Source: Vulcanimicrobiota bacterium (GTDB taxonomy: Bacteria > Vulcanimicrobiota > Vulcanimicrobiia > Vulcanimicrobiales > Vulcanimicrobiaceae). From it: a stretch of DNA of 64,000 bases. The notes below the pieces were generated by a model. The model saw only the letters and a list, made by a program, of their open reading frames with translations. It did not search any database and was not told the DNA's origin. Position numbers and translations under genes: made by a program. Shown one piece after another: positions 38,007 through 48,202 of the stretch. Where the stretch lies: NCBI GenBank assembly GCA_963719905.1, contig CAVRDR010000007.1:21386-85385 (forward strand). Reading direction: 5' to 3'. How positions within the stretch are numbered: position 1 is the first letter of the stretch; each line of letters begins with the position of its first letter.

Positions 38007-38016
38007 CGACGGGCTC

Positions 38017-38874
38017 TTAGGGCTTCTCGCGGAGCAGGAGATCGCCGAGGCGCGTCAGCTCGTCGTCGCTCGCAAAGCGGAGCTCGATGCGGCCGCCGCG
38101 TCCGTACCGGACGATTGAGACCTGCGCGCCGAAACGCTCGCGCAGGCGTCCTTCGAAATCGCGCTCCTCGGGCGAGAGCGCGCGATATGTCGTCGCGCTT
38201 TTGGGTCGTAGCGCCGCCGCTGCCAGGCGCTCGAGCGCGCGGACCGTCAAGCCTTCCGACACCGTGCGCGCCGCCAGCGCCTCGCGATTCGGTGCCGGCG
38301 CCGCAAGCAGCGCTCGCGCGTGACCCGCGGAGAGACGTCCGTCGACAAGCATGATCTTGATCGCCTCGGATAATCCGAGCAGCCGCAGCGTGTTCGCGAC
38401 GCCGGGGCGGCTCTTGCCGAGCCGGTGGGCGAGCTCGTCTTGAGTCAGTCCGTACTCGTCGATGAGGTATTGAAAGCCCGCCGCTTCCTCGAGCGGATTG
38501 AGGTCCTCACGCTGCAGGTTTTCGACGATCGCAAACTCGAGCGTTTGGCGATCGTCGCTGGCGCGGACGATGGCCGGAATTGTAGGGCGCATGAGCGCAG
38601 CGCATGCCCGCCATCGCCGCTCGCCGGCAACTAATTCGTAGCCATCGTCCCGGCGCCGCACAATGATCGGCACCAGAACGCCGTACTCTGCAATCGATGT
38701 CTTGAGCTCGTCGAGCGCACCGGCGTCGAAGCTCTTGCGCGGTTGAAACGGATTCGGCGTTATTTCGGCGAGGGGAATCTCGCGGATGACTTCGTGCGAG
38801 GTCGAGACCGGGATCGCCGCATCGCCGAGCAGCGAGCGCAAGCCCCTCCCCAAACCGCGTCTCGGCGTGCTCAC
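38017..38874 (-). CDS. parB: Chromosome partitioning protein ParB/Spo0J
   Basis: 285 aa. GLGRGL, IxxNPFQPRK, GVLVPIIVRR, ERRWRA, helix-turn-helix region. Confidence 0.9.
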   Translation of the reverse strand: MSTPRRGLGRGLRSLLGDAAIPVSTSHEVIREIPLAEITPNPFQPRKSFDAGALDELKTSIAEYGVLVPIIVRRRDDGYELVAGERRWRACAALMRPTIPAIVRASDDRQTLEFAIVENLQREDLNPLEEAAGFQYLIDEYGLTQDELAHRLGKSRPGVANTLRLLGLSEAIKIMLVDGRLSAGHARALLAAPAPNREALAARTVSEGLTVRALERLAAAALRPKSATTYRALSPEERDFEGRLRERFGAQVSIVRYGRGGRIELRFASDDELTRLGDLLLREKP

Positions 38875-39644
38875 GTCGGAGGCTCCTCTAACTCGAGTAT
38901 CTCGCGCGCGAGTGCGAGATAAGCCTGCGCTCCGCGGCTTTTTACGTCGAACAGGATAGCCGGCTTGCCGTACGACGGCGCTTCGGAAAGGCGGATGTTT
39001 CGTGGAATCTGCGTCTTGAAAATCTGCTGCGGAAAGTATTTCTCGAGCTCGCGGATCACTTCGAGCGCCAGGCGTGTGCGCCCGTCGAACATCGTGACGA
39101 GCACGCCGCTAACGTGAAGGGTGGGATTGAGCGCGTCGCGCACGCGCCAAATGACGCCGGTGAGCTGCGCGAGTCCTTCGAGGGCGTAAAATTCGGTTTG
39201 CACCGGTATGATGCATTCGTCCGCCGCCGTGAGCGCATTGATCGTTAATAAGCCCAGCGAAGGCGGCGTGTCGAGCAAAACGAAATCGTAGCGAGAGGCT
39301 TCGGGCGCAAGCGCTTGACGCAAGCGCGTTTCGCGCGAGAGCGCCGCGACGAGTTCGACGTCGGCACCAGCGAGATTGATGGTCGCCGGTGCCAGCCGGA
39401 GATTCTCGATCTCCGTGGACATGACGACTCGCTCGAGCGGAACCTCCTGCATCAGTACGTGGTAAAGATCGTGCGTAAGACGCGTTTTGTCGACGCCCAA
39501 ACCTGTGGTCGTATTGCCTTGCGCGTCGGCATCGACGACCAGCACCCTTCGGCCGTACACGGCGAGCCCCGCGCCGAGATTGACGGCGGTAGTGCTCTTG
39601 CCGACGCCGCCCTTTTGATTTACGAGCGCGATGATTCGACCCAA
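38871..39644 (-). CDS. parA: Chromosome partitioning ATPase ParA/Soj
   Basis: 257 aa with deviant Walker A NQKGGVGKSTT. Overlaps the parB start. Confidence 0.92.
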   Translation of the reverse strand: MGRIIALVNQKGGVGKSTTAVNLGAGLAVYGRRVLVVDADAQGNTTTGLGVDKTRLTHDLYHVLMQEVPLERVVMSTEIENLRLAPATINLAGADVELVAALSRETRLRQALAPEASRYDFVLLDTPPSLGLLTINALTAADECIIPVQTEFYALEGLAQLTGVIWRVRDALNPTLHVSGVLVTMFDGRTRLALEVIRELEKYFPQQIFKTQIPRNIRLSEAPSYGKPAILFDVKSRGAQAYLALAREILELEEPPT

Positions 39645-41036
39645 CTAAGCGCGCACAGTTTGGAAATACTGCTCCAGCATTTGCAGCAGCAAGCTTCGCT
39701 CGTTACGTCCGGGTTCGTCGGTGACCTGCTCGAAAAGCCAGCGCAAGACAGCCCCGACGCGCTCGTCCCCTTTGAACTCCGGCGGTGCCGCCCCGCGGCG
39801 AACGAGCGCCGCAATCACATCGTCGCCGTCGATGGCGAGCTCTCGGACTGAGAAGGCCGGCTTGCGCGCCAGTTCGGCTCGGACTCGTGCCTCGAAGGCT
39901 TCGTTGGCGCCACCGCGTTTCGGGAGGCCACTCCCCTGGATATCGGCGTGCCGCAATGCGAACAAATGTTCGATATTCGATGGGCCTACCCGCCGTATGA
40001 ACCGGCGCAGCGCTGCATCAGTCAACTCCGGGTCGGCCGCGTACATATGCTGCCTGACCAGGTGCTTGGTTGCTTTAACGGATTCGTTTGGGAAGCGCAG
40101 GCGCTCAAGCATTTCCTGGGCCATCTCGGCCCCTAGGATCTCATGGCGGTAGAAGTGGGACCCTTCCTTCGTCCGCGGCTTTCCGACGTCGTGAAGGAGA
40201 GCTGCCAAGCGTAAGCTCAAGTCGCTGGGCGGAATAGCGTCGACGGTGGCGAGGCTATGCCGCCAGACGTCATAGGCATGCCATTCATTTTGCTCGACAC
40301 CGACGCCCTCGAGCAGCTCCGGCCACAGGTAAACCAGGACCCCGGTCTCCTGAAGGAGCTCTAGACCAATCGATGGCTTGCTTGCCATCAGAAGCTTAAC
40401 GAGTTCCTCCTGGACGCGCTCCGCGGAAACGCTTCCCGCCAAAGGCGCCGCCGCCACCATCGCTTCGCGCAACCCCGGCGTAACCCGGTATCGGAAGCGT
40501 GCCGAAAACTGAGCGGCGCGCAGCATTCTCAAGGGATCTTCGACGAAACTCTGAGACGTTACGATGTCGATCCGCCGAGCCCGAATGTCGGCAATGCCGT
40601 CGTATGGGTCGAGGATGGCGCCGGACGGCAGCGCCCGGGCAAGCATGTTCATTCGGAAGTCCCGCCGGCCAAGATCCTCCTCCAGGGTCACCTCGGGGCC
40701 GCTCACGACCTCGAAGTCGCGGTGCCCGACCCCGGAGGAACGTTCTCGCCGCGGCATTGCGACGTCAACCGTCTCGCCGTCGACCGTGAGTTTCAGGACC
40801 GAGAACGAGGCGCCGACGATGTCGACCCGGCCGATTGAACGAAGACGGTTGGCAAGCTCATCGAGCGCGAGTCCGACGACGACGTAGTCGGAATCGGCGA
40901 TGGCAGACTTGCGCCCATCGAGCTCCGCTCGAATCTCGTCGCGAACGCGTCCCCCTACGGCGTACAGGCTTCGCTCGGGAAGTGCTGCGGCCAAGCGAGC
41001 ATCGAGGGGTAACGGGCGATACATGGCATTCTTCAT
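39645..41036 (-). CDS. cca: CCA-adding tRNA nucleotidyltransferase / poly(A) polymerase family with HD domain
   Basis: 463 aa. GGRVRD, RRDFRMN, HD motif LLHDVGKP. Confidence 0.8.
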   Translation of the reverse strand: MKNAMYRPLPLDARLAAALPERSLYAVGGRVRDEIRAELDGRKSAIADSDYVVVGLALDELANRLRSIGRVDIVGASFSVLKLTVDGETVDVAMPRRERSSGVGHRDFEVVSGPEVTLEEDLGRRDFRMNMLARALPSGAILDPYDGIADIRARRIDIVTSQSFVEDPLRMLRAAQFSARFRYRVTPGLREAMVAAAPLAGSVSAERVQEELVKLLMASKPSIGLELLQETGVLVYLWPELLEGVGVEQNEWHAYDVWRHSLATVDAIPPSDLSLRLAALLHDVGKPRTKEGSHFYRHEILGAEMAQEMLERLRFPNESVKATKHLVRQHMYAADPELTDAALRRFIRRVGPSNIEHLFALRHADIQGSGLPKRGGANEAFEARVRAELARKPAFSVRELAIDGDDVIAALVRRGAAPPEFKGDERVGAVLRWLFEQVTDEPGRNERSLLLQMLEQYFQTVRA

Positions 41037-41049
41037 CGTACTCTAGCGG

Positions 41050-41065
41050 CGTTTCACGGGAAACG
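41050..41065. promoter_or_regulatory. parS-like inverted repeat (weaker site)
   Basis: CGTTTCACGGGAAACG has 3 mismatches to TGTTTCACGTGAAACA. It is embedded in an 8-bp stem GGCGTTTC/GAAACGCC. Confidence 0.4.
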
Positions 41066-41081
41066 CCCCGAGCCGCAAGGA

Positions 41082-41097
41082 TGTTTCACGTGGAACG
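41082..41097. promoter_or_regulatory. parS site
   Basis: TGTTTCACGTGGAACG. Its reverse complement cGTTCCACGTGAAACA has 1 mismatch to the Bacillus-type consensus TGTTNCACGTGAAACA. Lies about 1.4-2.2 kb from parA/parB. Confidence 0.7.
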
Positions 41098-41111
41098 CGC
41101 GCCGCTTGCAC

Positions 41112-41834
41112 TCAAACGCAGAGCGGCCGCTTCGTCGGGATTCCCGGCCGTCGCGGAAAGCGAAGCGGTGTGAGTCCGGTCTTGCGAACCACGACGATAC
41201 GACGATCGCCCTCGAGTCGAACTTCGCTTTCGATCCGGCCGCCGAGCATCAGGGAGGCATCCTCGAGCGCAATGCGCTCGCTTGTCGAGATGGCACCCCG
41301 CTGGAGCGCCGCCACTCCAGCGACTTCGATGAGAGGCAGGAGCAGCTCGGCGACCGTTGGGCCGCTCCCAAGAGCCCGAGCAGTTCCGCTTGCGAAATGC
41401 TCTCGAAGGGCCGAGCGGTGCCCGGCGATCTCGGCTCGCTCGGCGATGATGGCGCCGCGCAGCTCGAGCAGCTCCAGGACCGATTCGAGAAAGCGCGCTT
41501 TTTTCGCCGTTGCCTCGATCATAACGACCGGCATTCCGGTCGCGATAGCGATCGGAATCGCGGGCAAGCCCGCTCCGCTGCCGACATCGACATATGGCTC
41601 GCGTACGTACGAAGCGACGCTCAGACTGTCGAGCAGATGATCGGCCAACTCTTCCTGCGATTTCGCACCCGTCAGATTGAAGCGCTGGTTTTGCTCTAGG
41701 ACCAACTCTCCGTAGCGCGCGAGCGGCCCGATCAGTTGCGCATCGACGCCGGCTCGCTCGAGCAGCGTTTCGAGAGCATCCGCGCCTTTAGACGGCTGGG
41801 GCTCGCTGATGGCTCTTGTGGATGAAGAGGGCAA
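41112..41834 (-). CDS. rsmG: 16S rRNA m7G527 methyltransferase RsmG (GidB)
   Basis: ...[13 protein letters not shown]..., SAM motif [14 protein letters not shown]. No ATG/GTG near the expected N-terminus. TTG 41834 (overlapping the mnmG end) is my best guess; the track start 41951 is unlikely. Confidence 0.8.
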   Translation of the reverse strand: MPSSSTRAISEPQPSKGADALETLLERAGVDAQLIGPLARYGELVLEQNQRFNLTGAKSQEELADHLLDSLSVASYVREPYVDVGSGAGLPAIPIAIATGMPVVMIEATAKKARFLESVLELLELRGAIIAERAEIAGHRSALREHFASGTARALGSGPTVAELLLPLIEVAGVAALQRGAISTSERIALEDASLMLGGRIESEVRLEGDRRIVVVRKTGLTPLRFPRRPGIPTKRPLCV

Positions 41835-43640
41835 CGATCGCGACGTCCGAGGGCGTGATGCCGGGGATCCGCCCAGCCATTCCAATCGTGCGAGGGCGCT
41901 GGCGCGCAAGCTTTTCACGCGCTTCCCGCGAGAGCGCGCGGATCGACGCATAGTCGAAATCGCCGGGAATGGTTACGCGTTCTGCCTTCGCCGCTCTCTC
42001 AATGGCCATCTCCTCGCGGCGGACGTACCCTTCGCATTTGATTTCGATAGCGACCCGCTCGCCGATCTCGGAATCGACGGCCGGCCGGAAGCGAACGGCG
42101 ACGTCGGCATACCCGAGCCGGGGACGCCGAAGTGCATCGGCGAGCGTGCTGCCGGTTTCGAACTGGTCCTCCCCAATCGCATCGACGTCAAGGCGCGTCT
42201 GTTCGGCGCGTCGGCGGGCCGTCTGTAGTGCGGCCCGGCGGCATTCGAACGCTTCCCAGGCTGCATCATCGACCAGCCCGATGCTACGTCCGACGGGAGT
42301 AAGGCGCAAGTCGGCATTATCGTGACGCAAGACCACGCGATGCTCGGCGCGCGAGGTGAGCATCCGATAGGGTTCGTCGACGCCCTTCGTGACGAGATCG
42401 TCGACGAGTACGCCGATATAGGCCTGGCCACGCGTCAGCCGAAGCGCTTCGTCGCCGCGCGCGGCGCGTGCTGCGTTGATTCCGGCAACCAGGCCTTGTG
42501 CCGCGGCCTCCTCGTAACCCGAGGTCCCGTTAAGCTGGCCGCAGTGGTAGAGCCCTGCGATGCGGCGGGTTTCGAGGGTATCTTGCAACTCGGTAGGGGC
42601 AACCATGTCGTATTCGACGGCGTACCCCGCTCGAACCATCGTGCACGATTCCAGACCTGGAAGCGTGTGGAGCATCTCCAGTTGGATCTCGGCCGGAAGG
42701 GACGTGGAAAAACCTCCCACGTAAAGCGTCGGTTCGTCCCATCCCTCCGGCTCGATGAATATCTGATGGGCGGGGTTGTGCGGAATTTTACAACCTTGTC
42801 CTCGATCGACGGGCAGTAGCGGGGGCCGACGCCGCGGATCAAGGCGAGACCGTAGAGCGGCGAGTACGATAAGTTTTCGCGAACCAGAGCGTGCGTCCGA
42901 GCGTTCGTTTCAGTGACGTAACAAGGGAGTTGCGGACCGGCAAAACGGGCAGGACTCGCATACGAGAAGAGCAGCGGACGCGGGCTGGGCGGTTGTGGCA
43001 GCATCGCCTGGTAGTCGACGCTTTGCTTGTCGATCCGTGGCGGCGTGCCCGTCTTCAACCTCATTGTGGAGAAGCCAAGCCGCCGCAAAGCGGCGGCCAA
43101 GCCGATCGCCGGGGCTTCGCCGAAGCGGCCCTCGCGACGAACCACGCTGCCTCGAAAGGACTTTCCTCCAAGAAAAGTTCCGGTCGCAAGGACCACCTTT
43201 TTGCTACGAAACGTCCGCCCGTCGGCGCAGGCGACTCCGCGAATCGCGCCGGCCTCGACGATCAAATCTTCGACCAGTCCACGTACGATCGCGAGATTCG
43301 GCTGCGCGGCGAGCAGCTCCAGTGCGACGCCGGCATATGACGGCTTGTCCATCTGCTGGCGCAGCGCCCGCACCGCCGGACCTTTGCTTTCGTTCAAAAA
43401 GCGCGAGTGGAGGCTGCAGCGGTCGGCGATGCTTGCCATCGCCCCGCCAAGTGCGTCGATCTCTCGGACGAGCTGTCCTTTTGCGCTGCCGCCGATGGAC
43501 GGATTGCAGGGCAACGTGCAAATTTTTTCAGGCTCCCCCGTAACCAGCAGCGTGGGAACCCCGAGTCGCGCCGAGGCGAGGGCGGCTTCGACGCCGGCAT
43601 GACCGCCGCCGACGACGATCGCGCCGGCGTCGTCGCGCAT
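41788..43640 (-). CDS. mnmG: tRNA uridine-5-carboxymethylaminomethyl modification enzyme MnmG (GidA), one apparent 1-nt frame change near 42780
   Basis: Track ORFs 42435-43640 (FAD motif [12 protein letters not shown] ... [15 protein letters not shown]) and 41788-42720 (GGFSTSLP...) are joined by [21 protein letters not shown], which reads in the second frame. Confidence 0.9.
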
Positions 43641-43650
43641 CGTTACGCCG

Positions 43651-44241
43651 CTACGGTGCCGCCGGCGTCTGCGCGTGCGCCCGCAAGCGCAGCGAAAAGC
43701 CGATCATGATAAAGCCAAAGACGATCGCGTAGGCTGCGATCAGCCAGATGATCGTCAGCATGCCTGCGAGTGGAAACCAGAGCATGAGGACGCCAAACGC
43801 GATCGATGCGATGCCGCCGATAATCAGCCAGATCTCATTGGCGATGTGCTTGCGCAGTTGCACCGCTGCCACGAGTTCGAGGATTCCGGTCAAGAATGCC
43901 CAGGCTGCGATCGTAAAATAGAGCGCGATAATGGTAATGCGAACGTCATAGAAGGTAATTGCCGCGATCAAAATGCCGACGATACCTTCGAGCAAAAACG
44001 GCCACCAGCGCTGATGCGTTTCGGCCGCGCGAATCGTTGCGATGATTGCGAAGATACCATCGATCAGCGCGTACGCACCGAAGAAGATTGCGATTGTCAA
44101 CCACGTCAAGCCGGGCCATAGCCATGCGAGAGCGCCGAAGATGACGGCGGCAATCCCGCGAATCAACCACGTCCACCAATTACGGGTAAGCGTATCGACC
44201 ATTGAAAAGCCCCGCATGGCGCTACTGAACGATCCGGCCAT
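43651..44241 (-). CDS. HdeD/DUF308-family membrane protein
   Basis: 196 aa, six hydrophobic helices. WWTWLIRGIAAVIFGALAWLWPG and repeated GILELV-type segments typical of DUF308. Confidence 0.7.
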   Translation of the reverse strand: MAGSFSSAMRGFSMVDTLTRNWWTWLIRGIAAVIFGALAWLWPGLTWLTIAIFFGAYALIDGIFAIIATIRAAETHQRWWPFLLEGIVGILIAAITFYDVRITIIALYFTIAAWAFLTGILELVAAVQLRKHIANEIWLIIGGIASIAFGVLMLWFPLAGMLTIIWLIAAYAIVFGFIMIGFSLRLRAHAQTPAAP

Positions 44242-44608
44242 TGGCCAGCATTACGCGTTGCGCGGTGCAAAGCTTCGGTCGCGGTCCCTGCCAGGGCTCG
44301 CCGACGAGCGCGTTGGCGAGGTTGTGATTGATCTGCGCGCCTTGCGAGAACGACCCGCGGTCGATGAGGACGTATTTGTGGCCGTGATAGCCGACGAGAA
44401 AATCGACCTCAGTGGCCGGCGACGGATGGGTGTTGGAGTAGACGACGTTGACGCCATTGGTCACACCGCCGTTTGAATTGACCACGCAGCTTTGAATTGA
44501 AACTCCGAGGCTTGACATGATTCTCGCTTGCGCGGTCGCGGGCATCGCGCAGCACAGCACGGCGAGGCCCACCAGAACAGGACGCTGCATGAATGATGCC
44601 TTTCGCAT
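44222..44608 (-). CDS. Hypothetical secreted protein
   Basis: 128 aa with signal peptide ...LAVLCCAMPATAQA. I recognise no family. Confidence 0.4.
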   Translation of the reverse strand: MRKASFMQRPVLVGLAVLCCAMPATAQARIMSSLGVSIQSCVVNSNGGVTNGVNVVYSNTHPSPATEVDFLVGYHGHKYVLIDRGSFSQGAQINHNLANALVGEPWQGPRPKLCTAQRVMLANGRIVQ

Positions 44609-44626
44609 GACGACGAGTTTGAAATT

Positions 44627-45988
44627 CTATTTGCCGATGCAGAATCGGGAAAAAATCCCGTCAATAATCTCTTCGGCGGCCACCTGCTCACTTACATGCC
44701 CGAGTGCGGAAAAAGCGCGTTGAAGGTCGAGCGCAACGAAGTCCAGTGGTTCCTTGGAGTGCAGCGTGCGAGCCGCTCGTTCGAGGGCAGCAATCGCTGC
44801 GTTGGCTGCGTCGAACTCGTGGAGCGCGGTTAGGTGTGGGCGCGAGGCGTCGAATCGTTCGCCGCTCCAGCCGATCTGCGCGATCGCCCGCCGCAGGGCT
44901 TCGACGGTCTTGGCGTCATGTACGCTGCCGACGATCGCGTCGGGCGCCTCGATCGCGCATGCCCCGCGCGTTCCCAGATCGGCTTTATTGAAGAAGAGAA
45001 TCCGCTCGCGATCGTTGGTTCGCTCGAGCAGACTTGCCGCATCCGAACCGAGTGGCTGCGAGCCGTCGATTACCAGGAGCGCGATTCGAGCTGCGTCGAG
45101 CGCGCGCAGCGTGCGCGCGATGCCGAAGCCTTCAAGGCGGTCGGCGTGAGTCCGAATCCCGGCCGTATCGACAATCCGAACCGGCACGCCGTCGATAAGG
45201 AGGCTCTCCTCGATGGTGTCGCGAGTCGTTCCGGGAATCTCCGAGACGATCGCACGATCGGTGCCGAGCAGCGCGTTGAGCAGCGAGGATTTTCCGGCGT
45301 TGGGTGGCCCTACGATAGCGACCGGTACGCCTTCCCGAATCAACCGTCCGATCTCGCCGTCATGCCGGAGCCGTTCGAGGCTCGTCAGAATGGGAGCGAG
45401 CTGCTTTTGAAGCCGCTGGCGATCGGGCTCTGCCACCTCTTCGGGGAAATCGATGGCGCCGGCGAGCTCTTCCAACGCGCTCGCTAGCGACCCGCGCAGG
45501 GCTCGGATCTCCTCTGCCAGCGCCCCGCCGAGGTTTGCCAGCGCAGCTCGTGCCGCAGAGCGCGTTTCGGCGTCGATCACGTCGGCGACCGCCGCGGCGC
45601 CGTGCAGGTCCATCTTGCCGTTGAGAAAGGCCCGCCGCGTGAACTCTCCGGGCTGCGCGAGCCGCGCCCCGCGGACCAGCAAGGCCCGCATTACTTCACG
45701 AGCCACGACCGGCGAGCCATGCAGATGCAGTTCGAGCATCTGGTCCCCGGTATAGCTGTGGGGTGCCGGAAAAAGAATTGCCAGGCCTTCGTCGAGCGGC
45801 TCGTCGCGTTCGTCGAGGATCGTTGCGCGGGTCGCGAAGCGCGCACGCAAATCGGACTTTGTGCGCAGCGCTCGACGCGCGAGTTCCGGAACCCGGGGGC
45901 CACTCACGCGCACGATCGTGATCGCGCCCTTTCCGGGGGGCGTGGCGATCGCGGCTATCGTGTCGTCTTCGCTGAGCCCTGCGCTCAA
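44627..45988 (-). CDS. mnmE: tRNA modification GTPase MnmE (TrmE)
   Basis: 453 aa. DTIAAIATPPGKGAI, G1 GPPNAGKSSL, DTAGIR, C-terminal ...FCIGK. Confidence 0.93.
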   Translation of the reverse strand: MSAGLSEDDTIAAIATPPGKGAITIVRVSGPRVPELARRALRTKSDLRARFATRATILDERDEPLDEGLAILFPAPHSYTGDQMLELHLHGSPVVAREVMRALLVRGARLAQPGEFTRRAFLNGKMDLHGAAAVADVIDAETRSAARAALANLGGALAEEIRALRGSLASALEELAGAIDFPEEVAEPDRQRLQKQLAPILTSLERLRHDGEIGRLIREGVPVAIVGPPNAGKSSLLNALLGTDRAIVSEIPGTTRDTIEESLLIDGVPVRIVDTAGIRTHADRLEGFGIARTLRALDAARIALLVIDGSQPLGSDAASLLERTNDRERILFFNKADLGTRGACAIEAPDAIVGSVHDAKTVEALRRAIAQIGWSGERFDASRPHLTALHEFDAANAAIAALERAARTLHSKEPLDFVALDLQRAFSALGHVSEQVAAEEIIDGIFSRFCIGK

Positions 45989-46587
45989 CGGGGAAAGACG
46001 ACCACGCGCCGCTCGGGCTCCTCTCCCTCAGACTCCGTACGCACGAGCTCCGACGTTGCCAGCGCGAGGTGAACGATCTTTCGCTCGGAGGGCAACATGG
46101 GTTCGAGCTTCTGCGGCGAGCGTTCGCGCATGCAGCGTTCGAGCGTCGCGAGGGCGAGATTCTTGAGCTGATCGGCGCGATGCGCGCGATAACCCTCGGC
46201 ATCGATCGTGTAGTAGCGCCGATTCGTGCGCACGCCGGCATTGAAAGAGTTATTGAATATCAGATTCAGCGCCTCGAGCGTGTTGCCGTGGCGACCGATG
46301 AGCATCCCCAGGTGCGGCCCGCTGATCTCAAGATATTCCCCCTCAGGCCGCGCGACGAAGCTAATGTCGACCGAGCGAATGCCCATTCGTTCGAGGATGT
46401 CGCGCAAGAGATCCCTGGCGGGCTTGGCATCCTCCGGCACCTCGCGGCCGCGAACCTGAGAACCCGCCCGGCGCGGCTCGCGTCGGCGCGTGCCGCCGCC
46501 CCGTCCTCCGCCGGATTTGCCGCCGATCGTTCGATCGCGCAGATCGGCAGGCTGTTCTTCAAACTCAAAATCGTCTTCGTAAAGCAT
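45985..46587 (-). CDS. jag: Jag/KhpB-like RNA-binding protein (KH plus R3H domains)
   Basis: Trimmed to ATG 46587, just after the yidC stop. GMLIGRHGNTLEAL (KH GXXG) and ERKIVHLAL (R3H-like). Conserved yidC-jag-mnmE order. Confidence 0.75.
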   Translation of the reverse strand: MLYEDDFEFEEQPADLRDRTIGGKSGGGRGGGTRRREPRRAGSQVRGREVPEDAKPARDLLRDILERMGIRSVDISFVARPEGEYLEISGPHLGMLIGRHGNTLEALNLIFNNSFNAGVRTNRRYYTIDAEGYRAHRADQLKNLALATLERCMRERSPQKLEPMLPSERKIVHLALATSELVRTESEGEEPERRVVVFPR

Positions 46588-46594
46588 CGTGAGC

Positions 46595-47500
46595 CTAGGC
46601 CCCTCGTTTGTTTCTTCGCTTGGAACGACCGGATCGAGCCGGTTTCGATTTTGCAACACCGTTGCTGCTGAGGGAAGCTTTCCCCGCAACCGCTTTCGCG
46701 GGAGTATCGCTGCCGCTCGAAGCGGTTTCCGTGATGACGTGCTCGCTGTCGATGAGCGCAAGCGGCTGATGATAGCGCCGAAGCATGTAGAATTGCTGGC
46801 CCATCGTGAAGATGTTGTAAGCGAACCAGTAGAGCACCATGGCCGACGGCCAGCCGTACCTCCATCCCAAAAACCCCAGCATGACCGGCGATATTACCGC
46901 CATCATACGCTGGGTTTGGGCTTGTTGCGGATCGGTCGCCGGCATGCTGACGTACCGGACGCTCAAATACATTGATAAGGCATAGAGCAATATCAATATC
47001 AAATCGGGTTTTGCCAGGCTTGCGGCAAGAATCGACTTGCCGAAGAGACACAGACCCGTACATTGGACCCCGTGAACGGCGGATGCGCTCTGTGAGAAGG
47101 CACTCCCGATCCACAACCAACTCTGAGCGAAGTAGTTCTTGTGAATCATCACAACGTAGTAGACGCTGATGATGACGGGATACTGAACGAGCATCGGCCA
47201 GCAGCCTGCGAACGGATTGACCCGGTGCTCCTTGTAGAGCGCCATCGTTTCCGCCTGAAGTTTCTGACGATCGTCTTTGTAGCGCTCTTGCAGCCGTTTG
47301 AGCTGCGGCGCGACCTTTTGCATCGAAAGAAAGGCTTTGAACTGCGCCGTATTGAGCGGCCAGAAAACGAGCCGGATCAACGCCGCCAGGATAACCAGAC
47401 TCCAGCCCACATTTCCGACGGGCTTGTCGATGGCGAGGACGATCGTATAGAGCGCGTTGACGATCGGATCGAGCCACGACGTCGCAAGAATCAGATGCAC
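46595..47500 (-). CDS. yidC: Membrane protein insertase YidC (short form, basic C-terminal tail)
   Basis: 301 aa. [38 protein letters not shown]. No large periplasmic P1 domain. Tail ...[17 protein letters not shown]. Confidence 0.9.
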   Translation of the reverse strand: MHLILATSWLDPIVNALYTIVLAIDKPVGNVGWSLVILAALIRLVFWPLNTAQFKAFLSMQKVAPQLKRLQERYKDDRQKLQAETMALYKEHRVNPFAGCWPMLVQYPVIISVYYVVMIHKNYFAQSWLWIGSAFSQSASAVHGVQCTGLCLFGKSILAASLAKPDLILILLYALSMYLSVRYVSMPATDPQQAQTQRMMAVISPVMLGFLGWRYGWPSAMVLYWFAYNIFTMGQQFYMLRRYHQPLALIDSEHVITETASSGSDTPAKAVAGKASLSSNGVAKSKPARSGRSKRRNKRGA

Positions 47501-47733
47501 GTGTGCGGTCCTTTATTCCCGGGGCTGGGAACGAGGTCGACGCCACCGGGATTCCAAGGATGACAGCGTGCAAAACGAGCCACGGCAAGCCATCCACCCC
47601 GCAGGATGCCGTGCTCGCCGATGGCCGCAAGCGCATAATGCGAACAGGTCGGATAAAAGCGACAGGCCGGCGGAAGCAGCGGCGAGAGCAAAAGCTGGTA
47701 GAGTCGGATCAGCGCGATCGCCAAGAGCCGCAT
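47491..47733 (-). CDS. yidD: Membrane protein insertion efficiency factor YidD
   Basis: 80 aa. [31 protein letters not shown]...RCHPWNPGG. Confidence 0.85.
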   Translation of the reverse strand: MRLLAIALIRLYQLLLSPLLPPACRFYPTCSHYALAAIGEHGILRGGWLAVARFARCHPWNPGGVDLVPSPGNKGPHTCI

Positions 47734-47741
47734 GAACGTGG

Positions 47742-48068
47742 CTAAACCCGTTCCAGAGCCGAGATAACCTCGGCCCTCAGATCGCGTACTGGCACCAGCG
47801 CGGCAACCGGACGCGCCACGACCAGCAAACGCATCGCGCGATGATGCTCGAGCGCTTCGTGAACGATCGCCGCCAGCCGGCGACGCAGCTTGTTGCGGAT
47901 CACGGCCTTTCCGATTGACTTGCTTACGGTGATGCCGACCAGTGAGGAGATGTCGCTGGCGAACGGCTCACTGCGGTAGATGACGAGACTCTTGGTCGTA
48001 ACGCGGCGCCCTTGCCGACGCAAGCGACCGAAATCCGCTTGACGGTTCAGGCTTACGAACCGGCGCAT
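47742..48068 (-). CDS. rnpA: RNase P protein component
   Basis: 108 aa. [22 protein letters not shown] (RNR motif). Follows rpmH with a TGATG overlap. Confidence 0.85.
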   Translation of the reverse strand: MRRFVSLNRQADFGRLRRQGRRVTTKSLVIYRSEPFASDISSLVGITVSKSIGKAVIRNKLRRRLAAIVHEALEHHRAMRLLVVARPVAALVPVRDLRAEVISALERV

Positions 48069-48202
48069 CAGACGGTAAGACGGTGACGCCCCTTTTTCCG
48101 ACGACGGGCAAGGACCCTACGCCCGTTCTTGGTTCGCATGCGTTCTAAGAAGCCGTGCACGCGTTTACGGCGGCGATTATGCGGCTGATACGTCCGCTTC
48201 AT
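48068..48202 (-). CDS. rpmH: 50S ribosomal protein L34
   Basis: Below the track size cutoff. My translation: [44 protein letters not shown]. Confidence 0.93.
   Translation of the reverse strand: MKRTYQPHNRRRKRVHGFLERMRTKNGRRVLARRRKKGRHRLTV

Noticed and set aside
37852-38016. Looked for a TPP riboswitch upstream of thiE-thiD.
   Set aside because: No CTGAGA...ACCTGATCTGGATAATGCCAGCG-like core on the minus strand. The space is occupied by a small membrane ORF and the parB end.
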